Part shown: one piece after another, positions 46,810 through 58,851 of the stretch | How positions within the stretch are numbered: position 1 is the stretch's first letter | How the letters are laid out: every line of letters starts with the position of its first letter | Source of the DNA: Zancudomyces culisetae HAW-14-8 | Taxonomy: Eukaryota; Fungi; Kickxellomycota | Length of the DNA stretch: 64,000 bases | Direction: 5' to 3' | Assembly: GCA_052426225.1 (NCBI GenBank) | Contig: JBNJNM010000011.1 | Coordinates: 3,782,001 to 3,846,000, forward strand | Notes under the pieces: model-generated | Seen by the model: the letters and a program-made list of their open reading frames with translations, nothing else | The model's database searches: none | What the model was told of the DNA's origin: nothing | Translations under genes and position numbers: made by a program

Positions 46810-47904
46810 TGTAACTCAAATTAGAAGCTTTCCATTTGTATACAGGGTTAAGACACGCCAAGGTTTCATCCTAGTTTTATTTCTTTGATAAAGTTATACA
46901 GGTAAACAACGAGGTTTCCTACAAATATATATTGGCGCTGAAAAGTGTTTCCATATCAAGGTTATCCAAAATGAAACAAACTAGAAATGTTAATTAAGTG
47001 CAAAATTAATCAATGCGCGATTTCAGGTTTTGAAGGTTAATTCGGCTTTATTAGCAGGCAAACAAGAGTTTAGACCATTTATGAATGCAGAAATTAACCA
47101 AACCAATGGTCAGATCGTTTCTGTTTGGAGAAAATGTGAAAAATATCAATGTTTCAAATGCAAACATCTCCTGTAAAAGAGCATATTTTGCTCTTTTTTA
47201 TCAAAGGCCTTTTTGAAAAAAGGTCAGCAGAGGAATGAAAAGTTTGCGCAATAGTCATGGTTAACTACAGGAACGTGTTTGGTCTTGGTGTGGAAGGTTT
47301 GGTTTATGGTCGACACGTATACTGTAATAAAGATTCTGGAAACAGCTATTAACTAATTATTGGTGCAGAAGAAACAATGAGATAAGGAGTTTAATATATC
47401 TTCATTGGTTTCATACTTCTAGCTATCTTACAAGGCTTTTCTTTCACCTTTGCTAAAGAATCGCAAGTCGGCTTAAGTGTTTCTGTTAATGGTGAATTTT
47501 GTTAAACCACAACCGACCTTTCCACGAATGCATCGCGGAGGCTAATTATGTAATACAACGTAGTTTTCAACTTGTTTTAAAAGAGTAAGCCCATTGCCCT
47601 TGACCAACGATTAATCCGTTCATTCAGTGCCTTTCAAACCTTGTGAAAGATGTTTTCTTATTTCTTCACGCAAAGAGTATTTATAAAGCTCATAATAGAT
47701 AGCAGGTCTAATAGGATGTGATTTAGCTCATAACATGGATATATGTTGGTGAGTTTCGGTAGTGTACTGCATGTGCTTTGCAGGGATGATATTTGGTAAA
47801 GAACAGAAGGCAAGGGGCGGAAGAGTAGATGAGCTTGTCTAGGAAGATATGAGATCTCTGCTCGAAATTAGCAGAAAACCAGCTAACCATTACCTGAGAA
47901 ATAG

Positions 47905-47978
47905 CCAATGGCTGATCAGCAGTGTGTGTTTTGCTAATTAGCCAATGGGATATAAACTCAACACAGTATACTAATTGG
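47905..47978. promoter_or_regulatory. Cluster of three CCAAT boxes upstream of RPL18
   Basis: AGCCAATG at about 47903 and 47940, and reverse ATTGGCT at 47974, 210-290 bp upstream of the RPL18 ATG. Confidence 0.45.
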
Positions 47979-48189
47979 CTGTAAAATATCCTTCATTTTC
48001 TCTACTTTACAAAATCCAACACCAAACACAGCGAAAAAAAAAACTGAATAAAGTTTGGGTATAGACTAAAGAAAAAAAAAATTCATATCTACAAGCCAGA
48101 AGTTTAAAATACTGTCTATACTTTTATCTGTTTTTATATTATTACTATTTTTGTTTATAAAAGTAGCAACCTCCAAAGAATAATCGAAG

Positions 48190-49107
48190 ATGGTAAGTAA
48201 TGATAACGTTATAGAGCAGTATTAAAGCGGGTGTACAAACCAATTCGAGGATTGCATGTTTTTTGAATCCCACTTTTTTATATCAATCTGGGAAAAGTTA
48301 TGGATTCAAATAGGCTTTACTGTACTTAAAGCGGCGTCTCGGCTTTGAATCCGAGAATTAGAGCTGCAAAAACATGCTTTCAACGAAATTGGGCAAAAAT
48401 ATTCAGGATACTAACGCGTTTTTATTATGAATATAGGGTATTGATCTTGTTAGACGCAACAACAGAAACAAGAGAAGAGTAGCACCAAAGAGCGAAAATG
48501 TCTATCTCGGACTTTTGGTTAAGCTATACCGCTTCTTGGCTCGTCGTACAGATTCCGACTTCAACAAAGTTGTTTTGAAACGATTGTTCATGTCCAAGAT
48601 GCACCGCCCACCAATGTCGGTTTCAAAGCTTGCCAGCCATGCCCAAGGAGATAAGATCTTGGTTTTGGTCGGTACAGTTACAGATGATATCCGTTCCTTC
48701 GAGGTTCCAAAGATGACCGTTGCTGCTCTCAGATTCACAAAGACAGCACGCGCAAGAATTGTTGAGGCTGGTGGTGAATGTTTGACCTTAGATCAATTGG
48801 CAGTCAGATCACCAACTGGAGCCAACACCATCTTGCTGCGCGGTAAGAGAACCGCCCGTGAGGCCAACAAGCACTTTGGACCAGCACCAGGTGTACCAAA
48901 ATCATCCACTAAGTAAGTGTTATTCCCAATAGTTTTATCCAGTTTGTTTTTGTTTTCATTACAAAGATGAAAAACAAAATTATGTACATGTAATTTAACA
49001 TATTCTAATGTCATTATTACTATTATTTTAGACCATATATCGAATCTAAGGGACGCAAATTCGAAAAGGCCCGTGGTCGTCGTTCAAGCCGTGGATACAA
49101 AGCTTAA
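48190..49107 (+). CDS. RPL18: 60S ribosomal protein eL18, 3 exons (48190-48192, 48437-48912, 49032-49107), 184 aa
   Basis: ATG-only first coding exon. Sequence [75 protein letters not shown] branch point at 48409. Confidence 0.98.
48240..48392 (+). other. Structured RNA element inside RPL18 intron 1 (closing helix plus three hairpins)
   Basis: Complementary pairs seen directly: CCAATT 48240/AATTGG 48387; GCATGTT 48254/AACATGC 48371; TTTGAATCC 48262/GGATTCAAA 48302; GCTTTA 48314/TAAAGC 48327; TCTCGG 48337/CCGAGA 48351. Confidence 0.65.
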
Positions 49108-49548
49108 GTCTTTGATCGATATAGTCATAAATAGTTTATATTCTGTTTCATCTTTGCTCTTCAGGATTAATATAAGCCAATGTTTTTTTATTTTTTTAAC
49201 TTTTCTAAATATAAAGAAATATTATTACCAGTGTTAAATATATAAATGGTTGATCTTTGAGAGTGGCTATTGTTTTTTATTGTATGCAGTTGGATCTTCC
49301 TGGGTGCGTAAGCTTTAGGGCCTGTGTCAGCTTTTGTGGGGTGGTGGTGGTGTAATTAGATGGCGAGAACAGGGTATGTAGGTTTATAGAGGGCAGCTTC
49401 AGCAATGCCAACGCAAAAGGGGTGTGGTACTTTACAAGGATCGCTCTCCTTAGCGAGTAGAGCTGTCCAGGTTCGGTGGCGCTGTTGGTATTGCGTGTTG
49501 ACAAGCCAGTACGCGGTGGCGATAGCTGCAAATGCAGAATAATTGCAC

Positions 49549-51275
49549 TTAGCCTGAGCCAAATAGGGCTACTGCGACTTTTTTATCCACCTTTCCCATC
49601 AAGTTGGTTGGTAGTTTTTCAACAACCACAAATCTTTTGGGTATTTTATATGAACTCAACACATCAGTGCACCACTTTTTAAGGTCGTCTTCGGTGGTGT
49701 GCTCGTGGCCCGGTTTAAACACGACAACTGCGCCCACGCTCTGGCCAAAAAGATCATCAGGGATTCCTACTACAGCTACGTCCTGGATACTTTTGTTTTC
49801 AAGCAAAACCCGTTCGATCTCCAACGCTGACAACTTGTACCCGCCACTCTTTATTATATCTGAATTGTTTCTTCCCATGAGTGAAAAAATACCAGACTCG
49901 CTTCGGAATCCAATATCACCCGTTCTGAACCATCCATCTTCAGTAAATGCCTCCTTTGTCTTTTCTGGAAGCCCATAATATTCTTTGAACACACAGTCAC
50001 CCTTAACTTGGACTTCCCCAGGGGAATCAGCCTGATAGGTAACATCTTCGTCATGCTCTGACATTACCCTTATTGCGTATCCGGGGGCTGGAACTCCTAC
50101 GCATCCGGGAATTCTCATACTTGGATTTTTTGCATCGTTTGTAATGGCAAATCCTATTTCTGACATGCCATATCTTTCCAGCATTCTCTGACCTGTAAAC
50201 TTAAACCATTGTTCGAATACTGAAACCGGAAGCGAAGCAGATCCAGAAACGTTTAGTCTAAATTGCTTGAATGCTTCGTGCGCTTTCTCTTGGACTTCTG
50301 GATCCGAGCTCTCGAGCTTAAGAAGCAGCAGCTCTATTTTTTTTTGGGTTTTTTTTTCAAAAAAAATAAAACAGGAATTGAGAAATCCTTGTGTAATTAA
50401 TTATGAATTGTAAAATTGTTTTTAGGAAATATATAATTTATTGATGATAACTTACTATACATCGTTGGAACACCCATCATTATGGTCAAATTCCTTTCCT
50501 TGTTCAAAATGCGATCCAAAATTGCTGTTACAGAAAACTTTGGAAGCATTTCAACAGTAGCACCGGTAAATAAGGCACTATTTAGACCTGCTACGATCCC
50601 ATGGATATGATGGAGCGGGAGAAAATGCAACATTCTATCGGCACTGCTCCAGCCCCAAGCCTTGTTTAGTGATAATAGCTGCGCGGTGATGTTTTTGTGA
50701 CTTAAAACTACGCCTTTTGGTGAGCCCGTTGTCCCACTGGTATATATTATCAACGCACCTGTATTTAGATCAATGTGTCTCTTTTCAAGAGTTCCGGGGG
50801 TTTGAATGGGTAAGACTTTCTCTACATGAATGACATGTAGCTGCGAACCATCTTTTGTCATGAAACTATCCAAAAAGTCCATAGTTTCCCTATTTATCTC
50901 GTCCGAGATGATAATGCGTTTACACTCAGCATTTTTTAAAAAATACTCAAGATCATGCTTAGTGTGTAGTAGACTCAGAGGAAGAACAGTAGAGTTAGCC
51001 AACCAAATTCCAAGCTGAGTAACAACGTATTCGTATTTGTTTGGGATCAACAACGCTATTACCTCACCTGATGCACCATGGGTTTCCAACTCGTGGCATA
51101 GTTTTAGCGAATCTCCCAACAGCTCCTTATATTTATATTCTCGATTTACATCAACAATAGCCACTGCTTGCGAATCATTTCCACCTAAGGGAGTCTCTTC
51201 ATTGCTCCCGGCTTGCGAGCAAATTGCATTAAAGATTTGTAAATTGCAAATTGGGTTTTCTATTTCGTGTGCCAT
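49549..51275 (-). CDS. ACSF3: Acyl-CoA synthetase, ACSF3/MatB malonyl-CoA synthetase type, 2 exons (51275-50456, 50333-49549), 534 aa
   Basis: AMP-binding motif YTSGTTGSPKG, plus LPLHHIHG, GVPTMY, SGSASLP, LERYGMSE (ERYGMTE malonate-type motif), GWFRTGD, IIKSGGYKLSALEIE and N.MGKV.K. Confidence 0.9.
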
Positions 51276-52316
51276 TGTGTAGAAAAATAAATACTGTCAC
51301 AAACCCGCAAAAGTTCAGAATTGATGTTGGATATATTCAAAGCCCTATTAGTATAATATATAATTCTAGCTATTTTGGTAGCTCGTATAGTGTTGAGCCC
51401 CTTTCCGGATTTGTGGTGAGGCTTTTTATGAACAATGAAAAGATGGAAAAAAATGCAAAGTGTTTTCTTTCTGTTCAAATGAAACTCGGAATTTCATTTA
51501 GCGCCTGATAGGAAACCAATCTAGATTTGGCCAATAACTAAGCACTAGTAGATGTTTATGTAAATGTTGACATTAGACATCACAGTCCTGAAGCATGTTA
51601 CCGATTCCCCTTGTCCCCCTCACTCCTAGCGAATGCAATCATATCTAACAGTTTTGTTTCAAGACTTTTACTCGAAATGATATAACCAAAGCTACCACGA
51701 ATGTAAAAAAAAAAACAAAGTCCGCATCAGTTTACACGGATCGTAGGTTTAATTTTACCACAAATACACCTGCTAACTCGGGTATTGATGGCAGTGGAAT
51801 ATGTTATGTTTGGTTGTAAAAAACGCAATCCGTATAAAAGGAACAAATATTCGGTAAATAGTAACCAAAGCCAGCGTAGTGACCCAGTACCAAATATTTT
51901 AAATATGCATCTGAAATATGTCGCTTGAGTATGTACGTCAGCGGAAGTAGCAATAACCAGTGAAAAATACAGTTCCATTAGTACTAACTCCGATGCTGTA
52001 TTTACGAGCGGACCAGCTAACAAGGGAAAAAAGCAGAGCAATGTAAGGAAATATGTAACGAAAAGCAGCGAGGAAAAAGCAAAAATGCATTCATCTTTTG
52101 ATAGCACTTTCTACGGATTCGGCCAGTTATTGTTGATGCAATAAAGACAAAGCGAAATAAAATAAAACATAGCGCCAAAAAAGCACAATTGAGGACACCA
52201 AAATTAGGCATTATAAGGCTGCTTTAAAAAAATAAATTGTGGGTTTGGCGATAGCACGCCAAAGCGATTATAACAAATAAAAGGTCTAGGGAGATAAAAC
52301 CAGGGCGAAGCGATGC

Positions 52317-53442
52317 CTAACAAATACAACCATCATCGGACTTCTTGTCTAGTTCAACGGTAATTGGGTCGGGGAATTCACTATTCAGGGTTATAAAGGT
52401 GTATAGTTAGGTGTGTAAGAATCGATTGAAGATCGTAAAAAAAAAATTAAATAAAGTTACTTGTAAATTCCTGGATCAAAGTCTTGTGACAATGCGTTCT
52501 TTGCAATCGCTTGAAATGCGGCTTCGACATTGATGCCTTCTTTCGCACTGGTCTCAAAATATGGTACATTTCCTTTTGATTGACACCAAGCTGTTGCCCT
52601 TTTCATAGAAACCTATTTTTGTTTATATCCGAAGAGTTGAACGAGTTTTGATGATATTTAGGCAGACAAATATACAAATTAAATCAAAAACCAAAAAGCA
52701 AGTATATGTTTAAAACTTACGGCACGTCTCGAATCTTCAAGATCGATTTTGTTTCCCAGGACAACAAATGGAAAGTTCTCGGGATCGCGTGGTGCTGCCT
52801 GTATAAGAAATTCATCTCTCCAGTCATCCAGGTTATCAAATGATCGAGTGTCGTTGACATCAAAACACAGCACACAGCAATCCGCACCTCTATAAAAAGC
52901 AACACCCAAACTCTGGAACCTTTCTTGTCCTGCAGTATCCCAAATCTACTCGACATTTTTCAAAACGCATTTCCAATTGTTTGTTTTACCTAATGTTTGG
53001 CTAAGGGACTCTGATAAGGTTAAAAAATAAACTAACCTGCATCGTGACCAGCTTCCCATCTACCAGTACCTCCTTTGTCAAAAAGTCTGCACCAATAGTA
53101 GCTTTATATTGACCCGTAAACTTTCGATTTACGTATTGATTCATCAGCGAGGTTTTTCCAACTCTATAACAATAAAATTAGATAGCATCACTTTTGTATT
53201 TATTTTTACAAAAAAGGCTCGATACTCATACAAGTATATATTCGCGTGGAATTGTAGGAATTAAATGCCTTGATTTTGGTTTAGTTTTGGTTGTAAAGAT
53301 TGAATCGAACAATTACCCGCTATCGCCCAAGATAATGACCTATTTTTCATGTTTTGTAATTCGATTTTTTTTTTAGTAATGCAGATGTTTATATGTATAA
53401 AAAATGTCATACCTTGAGCAGAACTTTCTTTCTAGAAGCCAT
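52317..53442 (-). CDS. YPT7: Rab7/Ypt7 GTPase, 6 exons (53442-53413, 53339-53317, 53163-53037, 52945-52721, 52612-52461, 52380-52317), 206 aa
   Basis: [52 protein letters not shown] and a C-terminal CxC (CIC) prenylation motif. Confidence 0.97.
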
Positions 53443-56400
53443 TTTATAAACCTTTCCCTATCACAATCGACGGTCTCAACAAATGAATTGCTATAGTGTA
53501 GTTTAATAGTTTTTCAAGAAAAAAAAAATGCAAGCGTAACTTTTATGTTGGTGGAAATTTAATGGCAGGTTAGGCGAGTTTCGCTGACAGGTTTTACTCG
53601 CCAAAAATAGCTAGTTCTGAAATTTAAATAAACATTCTATTTGGGTTTCAACAACACACCTGATATGAGTGGCTATTTAATTTCTATTGGACTGGAAAAA
53701 TATGCACACTAAGTTTGTAGGTCAATGGTCAGGAGAAAGAACAATGATGGAATGAAACCTCAAAAAGACCTTGTATGGGAGTTAAATTGCCATAGTCAGA
53801 AATCAGAGCTGTTATTTTAGAAATAAACTAGCTTAGTTTTTATAAAGATTTGAGGGTAAATGTGCATATACTGTACATGCGCCCATTGTTTTTTTCCTCC
53901 CATGATCTATATTCACGATAAATAGAAAATGTTAAACTTAAGAGTATTATAACTGACCCAGCCTATCAGTTATTACATGAGATGTTATACCTAATATATA
54001 GACGATATTTTGAATGTACCACAGAATTCGCTTCAAGCTATAATTGCCAAAAAAATTGCTTATGCCTGTTTCTTAAGCACAGTTCTAGGATAAGGCAGCC
54101 GAATAATTACATATACATAGGACGGTTATGTAGGATATCTACATCTATGTTTGATGATTAGTGTATCTTGCTTTTAGTGATGGTTGTGGAGTTATGGTGA
54201 TACCTGCTGCTTTGTAAAGTATCAACATGATATTATAAGGAACTAACCAATAGGAATCATTATCCATTTAATTAGTTAGTATATAAACCTTTACCAAAGC
54301 TTACTAGTAAACTTTAAGTCTTTTAATCTCGTTTATTTAGTATCTATACTATTACAATAAAGACAATCATAACAGATATTGAGAGAGCAGAAAGTGGAAT
54401 TAGACTCGCGTTTATTGTATCATCCTCCCTATATATAAACAATAAACACAGTCCTACTTTTTAATTTAGACTGCAGGCTATTATTACAATATCAATTTGT
54501 ATCTCATGAGTAAATAGCAAACTACAGCAACTTCAATAAGCTTTCTGTGTCTCATATACATGCTCAACCTGAAAATGTCTCCCAAAACCAGTTTGAATGG
54601 GATGCAAACACTGTTTTTTTTTTATGTGGATATTGTGAAAAATTATTCCCAAACAAAAATCACAAATTGCTGTGTTGCTACAAGGTTTTTGAAACTTTTT
54701 TTTATTAAACAAAACACTAATATATTTGTCAAGGTCAAGTGTTACACAATTGAATATTTTTTGCACTTTGTGTGATGAATTGATTTATTATTATGACAAG
54801 TCGTATTCTAACTGACGGACAAGTTTTTTTTGCAGATGTGTTTTGTTTTAGTAATTTGGGGTCCAACATCATCATTTGCCGTAGCCGTGTATGTCTACAT
54901 ACACACATTGGATTTAATAACAGCACTACATCTTTTGTTTGGTTGTTTCTCTATTTGCTTAAAGATTTTAATTCAAACAGATATTTATGTTACATTAAAG
55001 GTTGCAGGTTACCAGTGAGATCAACCCTGACCAAAATTCCGATATTAGCCAACATAGTAGTTGTTTTTTGCCCAATGAATTTATTAAGTAAATGCCACAT
55101 AAAATGTAGAAGAATACCCCCGAATAAACAAGAATGCGACTATATCTGCTCGATACAGTTTTGTGCAGCATTAGCACTAGCACAGCGCTTTCTTTGCTAT
55201 TCATTGAGTATTAAAAACTTTTGCCATAACGTAATGCTAGATATCACAGCAAATCATTTTCAAGAAATCGACAAGGTTATAATTGCGACAGATTATGGTA
55301 ACTAGCGGTTATGGCTGATATGGGGGGTTACGGTGTAGAATCTTTTTTTTTAAACTAGGTTGCGGATGTATAGAGTAGTATTATACAATATACGTTATTT
55401 CTTGCTGCATCTCTTACTCAGCAAGAAAGTTGTGCACTAGCATATAGCCATACATTAGGAACAAAAGGCTGTGTAATAGAACGAATAATACCAACTATTC
55501 TCTTGGTAGAGGAAGGAGTGCTATAAGTAAGAGGTGTGTTTTTTGGCAGCTGTTTTTTTTCTAGACCACAAAACTAAATAGTTGTCCAGCTTTTGACGCA
55601 AATGGAAACTGATGGCATATATGAAGCAAAGGGGAAAGCAAAGCGTAATGAAAAACAAACCTGTAATTTATTATGTAATGGTAGTCGATTTTCCACCACT
55701 ATGTTAAAAATATTTGAAGGATTATCTCAAATTCTGTTAAATAGTAAAGCGCATCATTTGCTAGCACACAAAGTAATTATACTGTTTGAGGATTAGCGCA
55801 AAAGTTCCTCCAACAACTGTACTGTACTCACGGCAATTTTGAGATAAAATATGGGAAGCTATTAGTAATTTTGAGCATTTTATCGTAATACAAAATTCTG
55901 GGATAAAAACAATTGAAAATTATCAAATTTTTAGAAGCATATACAAGCAGTTCCAATAGCACTGCGTGAAATGTGGGGAGACAGATCCTTACACATACTC
56001 CGTTCTGGTTAAAAGGAAAAATGATCCAAAAGCACAATCTTGATGAAATTTGGTATTCATGACTTAACGGCCATGTAGCACAAAAATATCCCCCTTTCGG
56101 CAGCTAAACATATGAAATTGATAAAGGACACTATATTATAAAGGTCCAAAGGCAATATTACAATAATGAACAGCAGTCTAATAGTAAATAGCCTTGTTTT
56201 TTTTTCCTTTTTCTTTCTTTTTTTCTTTTTTTCTTTTTTTAAAAAAAACCGAAAGCTGGGATACAACGTGAATTTACCACCCAAATAAAGAAATACATCT
56301 CATTTTAAGTATACTCAGAGAATCATCACATTTATTTTAACTTGGAACAGGAAACTTGGCCTTGGATTTTAGAGTTACGCTAAACAAGTGTGAAAGGGGT

Positions 56401-56505
56401 TTAATGCTTTTATCCGTTCCACATATTTAATGGTATAAAGACTTGCGATCCGACTAAAAGAAACGACAGAACATAAATCTCTCGCTGAAATAGTTGTAAG
56501 ATATA

Positions 56506-58851
56506 ATGATCAAACAATACGGCAAGGATATTTGGTTAGACGACGAGAACTTTGGAGCCGAAAACGCATTAAGCACGCTTATTTATCAGGGTATCCCGAG
56601 ATTCGAAATACCTTTTGCTCCCAATGCCGAGGTACAGAACCGAAATCGAATAGGAAAAGAGTGCAACGCAGAGGAGGTTTTATGGGTGGTTCCAGCCCCA
56701 CCCAATAGAAGTAAGACCGAGTACACTGTCGAGTTTACTGACATATCGTTCCCCAGCACTGGGAGTTTGTCCCGCCGTTTAACAATAGGCACTCCTGATG
56801 TACTATTACAGAAAAATGACGATGACACCAACAGCTCCCTGAATACCAGTGTAAAAAACAACACAAGCAATAAAACAAAAAGAAATAACACAAGAAATAT
56901 ACGAGACTCGGTACCAGTTAGTGCGCACGGGTTGGGACAAGATCGATCAAAGCGTAAGTCAAAAATACTTTCAAGACATCGCAAAATCAAAGCCACCAGC
57001 TCCATTTCTTTGAGGACAAAGGAGGCAGGGGAACTATTTAGAAACAACGAAACATCAAGCCCAGAAGATGACAAGGGTAGCAACATGCGCTCACCTTACA
57101 AAAAACTTGGCAAGAACTTTTCAATAGGTACTTTTGAGCATTTTGTAAGACAAAAATTTGGATCAAAGTCTCAGCTGGAAAAGTTTGCCAACCTTGACAC
57201 TGATACATCAAATCGCGATAAGGATACTAAAATTGTATTAGACATACCCATTCCATTGGAAGAACGAACTAGTGTGAAAAATCGACCAGGAAATGAGAAA
57301 TCTCTACCAGAAAACCCTCTCAAACTTAAACTATTAAAAAAATCAAACACGGACACCGGATTGGCAGCTCTACGACCAGATTACGACAGTTTAGCGAGCG
57401 ACTTCGAAGATCTTATCAATGATTTGGTCCCAGCCAAAGATAAAGGATCAAACAGCACAAAAAGCGTTCAGCCTAATAGACTGCGCCATAAAGACATCAA
57501 AAGGAGCAACACCACCCAAAGCTTACTCAAAATAGATACAGGAGACAAAAATAGTGGTGGATCTCGATTTGGGATATCTAGTGACGCTGGAAGAGCATCA
57601 AAAGCAATCCCTGGAGAGTTCAAAGTGAAAAAACTAACTGGTGCGCTAAATGGTGACGCGGATACGAAGTACGCACTTACTAACAAGGTTATTTCCGGAA
57701 ATGAGAGCAAAAATTTACACAGGAATAGTGTGTTATTCACTCATGAAATGAGTGCCTTATCAGATATTGCGAGTAGTGTAATAAACGAGGGAAATAATCT
57801 AGGATTTCTCAATATAAATGGCAACACTAATCCGAATAGAAAAAAGAAGGACGACTCCGGTGATATTTCCTCATTATTAGCCACGATAGAATCTTTGAAA
57901 ATTCAGAATTTGAGCTTGAAGGAAAAAAACAAGAAGCTTTCCAAAGCCAATAGCGAATACAAGCGCAGTCTCGAGGAGGTAGAGGGTTTATTTTACGCAG
58001 GGCATACTAAGGAGATAGCGGAATTAAAACGGGAAATGCTGGAGAATGAGGATATGTATAAATCCATGCTGACAGAAAAAGAAAGCCAGATTGAGTATTT
58101 GATGCAACTTTTTGATAGGACTTTGAAGTCAAGCACATCTGAACTTTACACGCAAAACCACGAGGACTCATGTGACCCTACAGATTTCTTTGAGCGGATT
58201 CATGAAAAAAATGAAATAAACACTATAAATGAAATCAGTAGTCGTATTTTACAGAGATCCGATAATATCAACCTGAAACTGGCGCAGATTAAAAGCAAAA
58301 TGAAATCTAACAACAACAGCAACAACAACAACTCTCTCCATTTCTCTAGTTCTACCAAACTTCAGAGTCCAAACTCCAGACAGATGGAAACGAGAGAGAT
58401 TATTTCAGAAATGCTAAGTAACACGCAAAGAAGTATGAAAAATATTACCGGCTCTCAGCGTAGTTCCAAGCCAGACTCAATGAGCAAAGATATGATTGAC
58501 ATAAAAACAGAATTCCTTTCTATTAAAACTGACAAGGATAAAAATACCAAATGTGTCACTCCTGATTCGCTGCTAGAGAATACGGGGGACATAACCCCAG
58601 TGCCCAGTACGGCTCCAGAAAATGATATTAAATATCAAATCCCATTGTGTCTTACTTCTAGCCCCCCAAAAGTCAAAAATCCGGGAACTTCTGGATCTTT
58701 ATATTCTATAAGCTCCAACGTATCAGGGTCCACATATAATTCTGAATACGAGTCGGATTTTTGCAATGTTTTAAACAAAAGTATTTCCTTTCAAAAGGCT
58801 AAATACAACATCAGCAAGAAAATGAACTATGTTAGCCGCAACTCAACGTGA
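56506..58851 (+). CDS. Hypothetical 781-aa protein, Ser/Lys/Asn-rich with a central coiled coil
   Basis: Uninterrupted ATG-initiated ORF. Heptads at LLATIESLKIQNLSLKEKNKKL...QIEYLMQLF. No family recognised. Confidence 0.82.
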   Translation: MIKQYGKDIWLDDENFGAENALSTLIYQGIPRFEIPFAPNAEVQNRNRIGKECNAEEVLWVVPAPPNRSKTEYTVEFTDISFPSTGSLSRRLTIGTPDVLLQKNDDDTNSSLNTSVKNNTSNKTKRNNTRNIRDSVPVSAHGLGQDRSKRKSKILSRHRKIKATSSISLRTKEAGELFRNNETSSPEDDKGSNMRSPYKKLGKNFSIGTFEHFVRQKFGSKSQLEKFANLDTDTSNRDKDTKIVLDIPIPLEERTSVKNRPGNEKSLPENPLKLKLLKKSNTDTGLAALRPDYDSLASDFEDLINDLVPAKDKGSNSTKSVQPNRLRHKDIKRSNTTQSLLKIDTGDKNSGGSRFGISSDAGRASKAIPGEFKVKKLTGALNGDADTKYALTNKVISGNESKNLHRNSVLFTHEMSALSDIASSVINEGNNLGFLNINGNTNPNRKKKDDSGDISSLLATIESLKIQNLSLKEKNKKLSKANSEYKRSLEEVEGLFYAGHTKEIAELKREMLENEDMYKSMLTEKESQIEYLMQLFDRTLKSSTSELYTQNHEDSCDPTDFFERIHEKNEINTINEISSRILQRSDNINLKLAQIKSKMKSNNNSNNNNSLHFSSSTKLQSPNSRQMETREIISEMLSNTQRSMKNITGSQRSSKPDSMSKDMIDIKTEFLSIKTDKDKNTKCVTPDSLLENTGDITPVPSTAPENDIKYQIPLCLTSSPPKVKNPGTSGSLYSISSNVSGSTYNSEYESDFCNVLNKSISFQKAKYNISKKMNYVSRNST

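Noticed and set aside
54793-55305. 170-aa Cys-rich ORF
   Set aside because: No recognisable motif, composition typical of translated AT-rich intergenic DNA, and no supporting splice structure. I cannot fully exclude a decayed gene.
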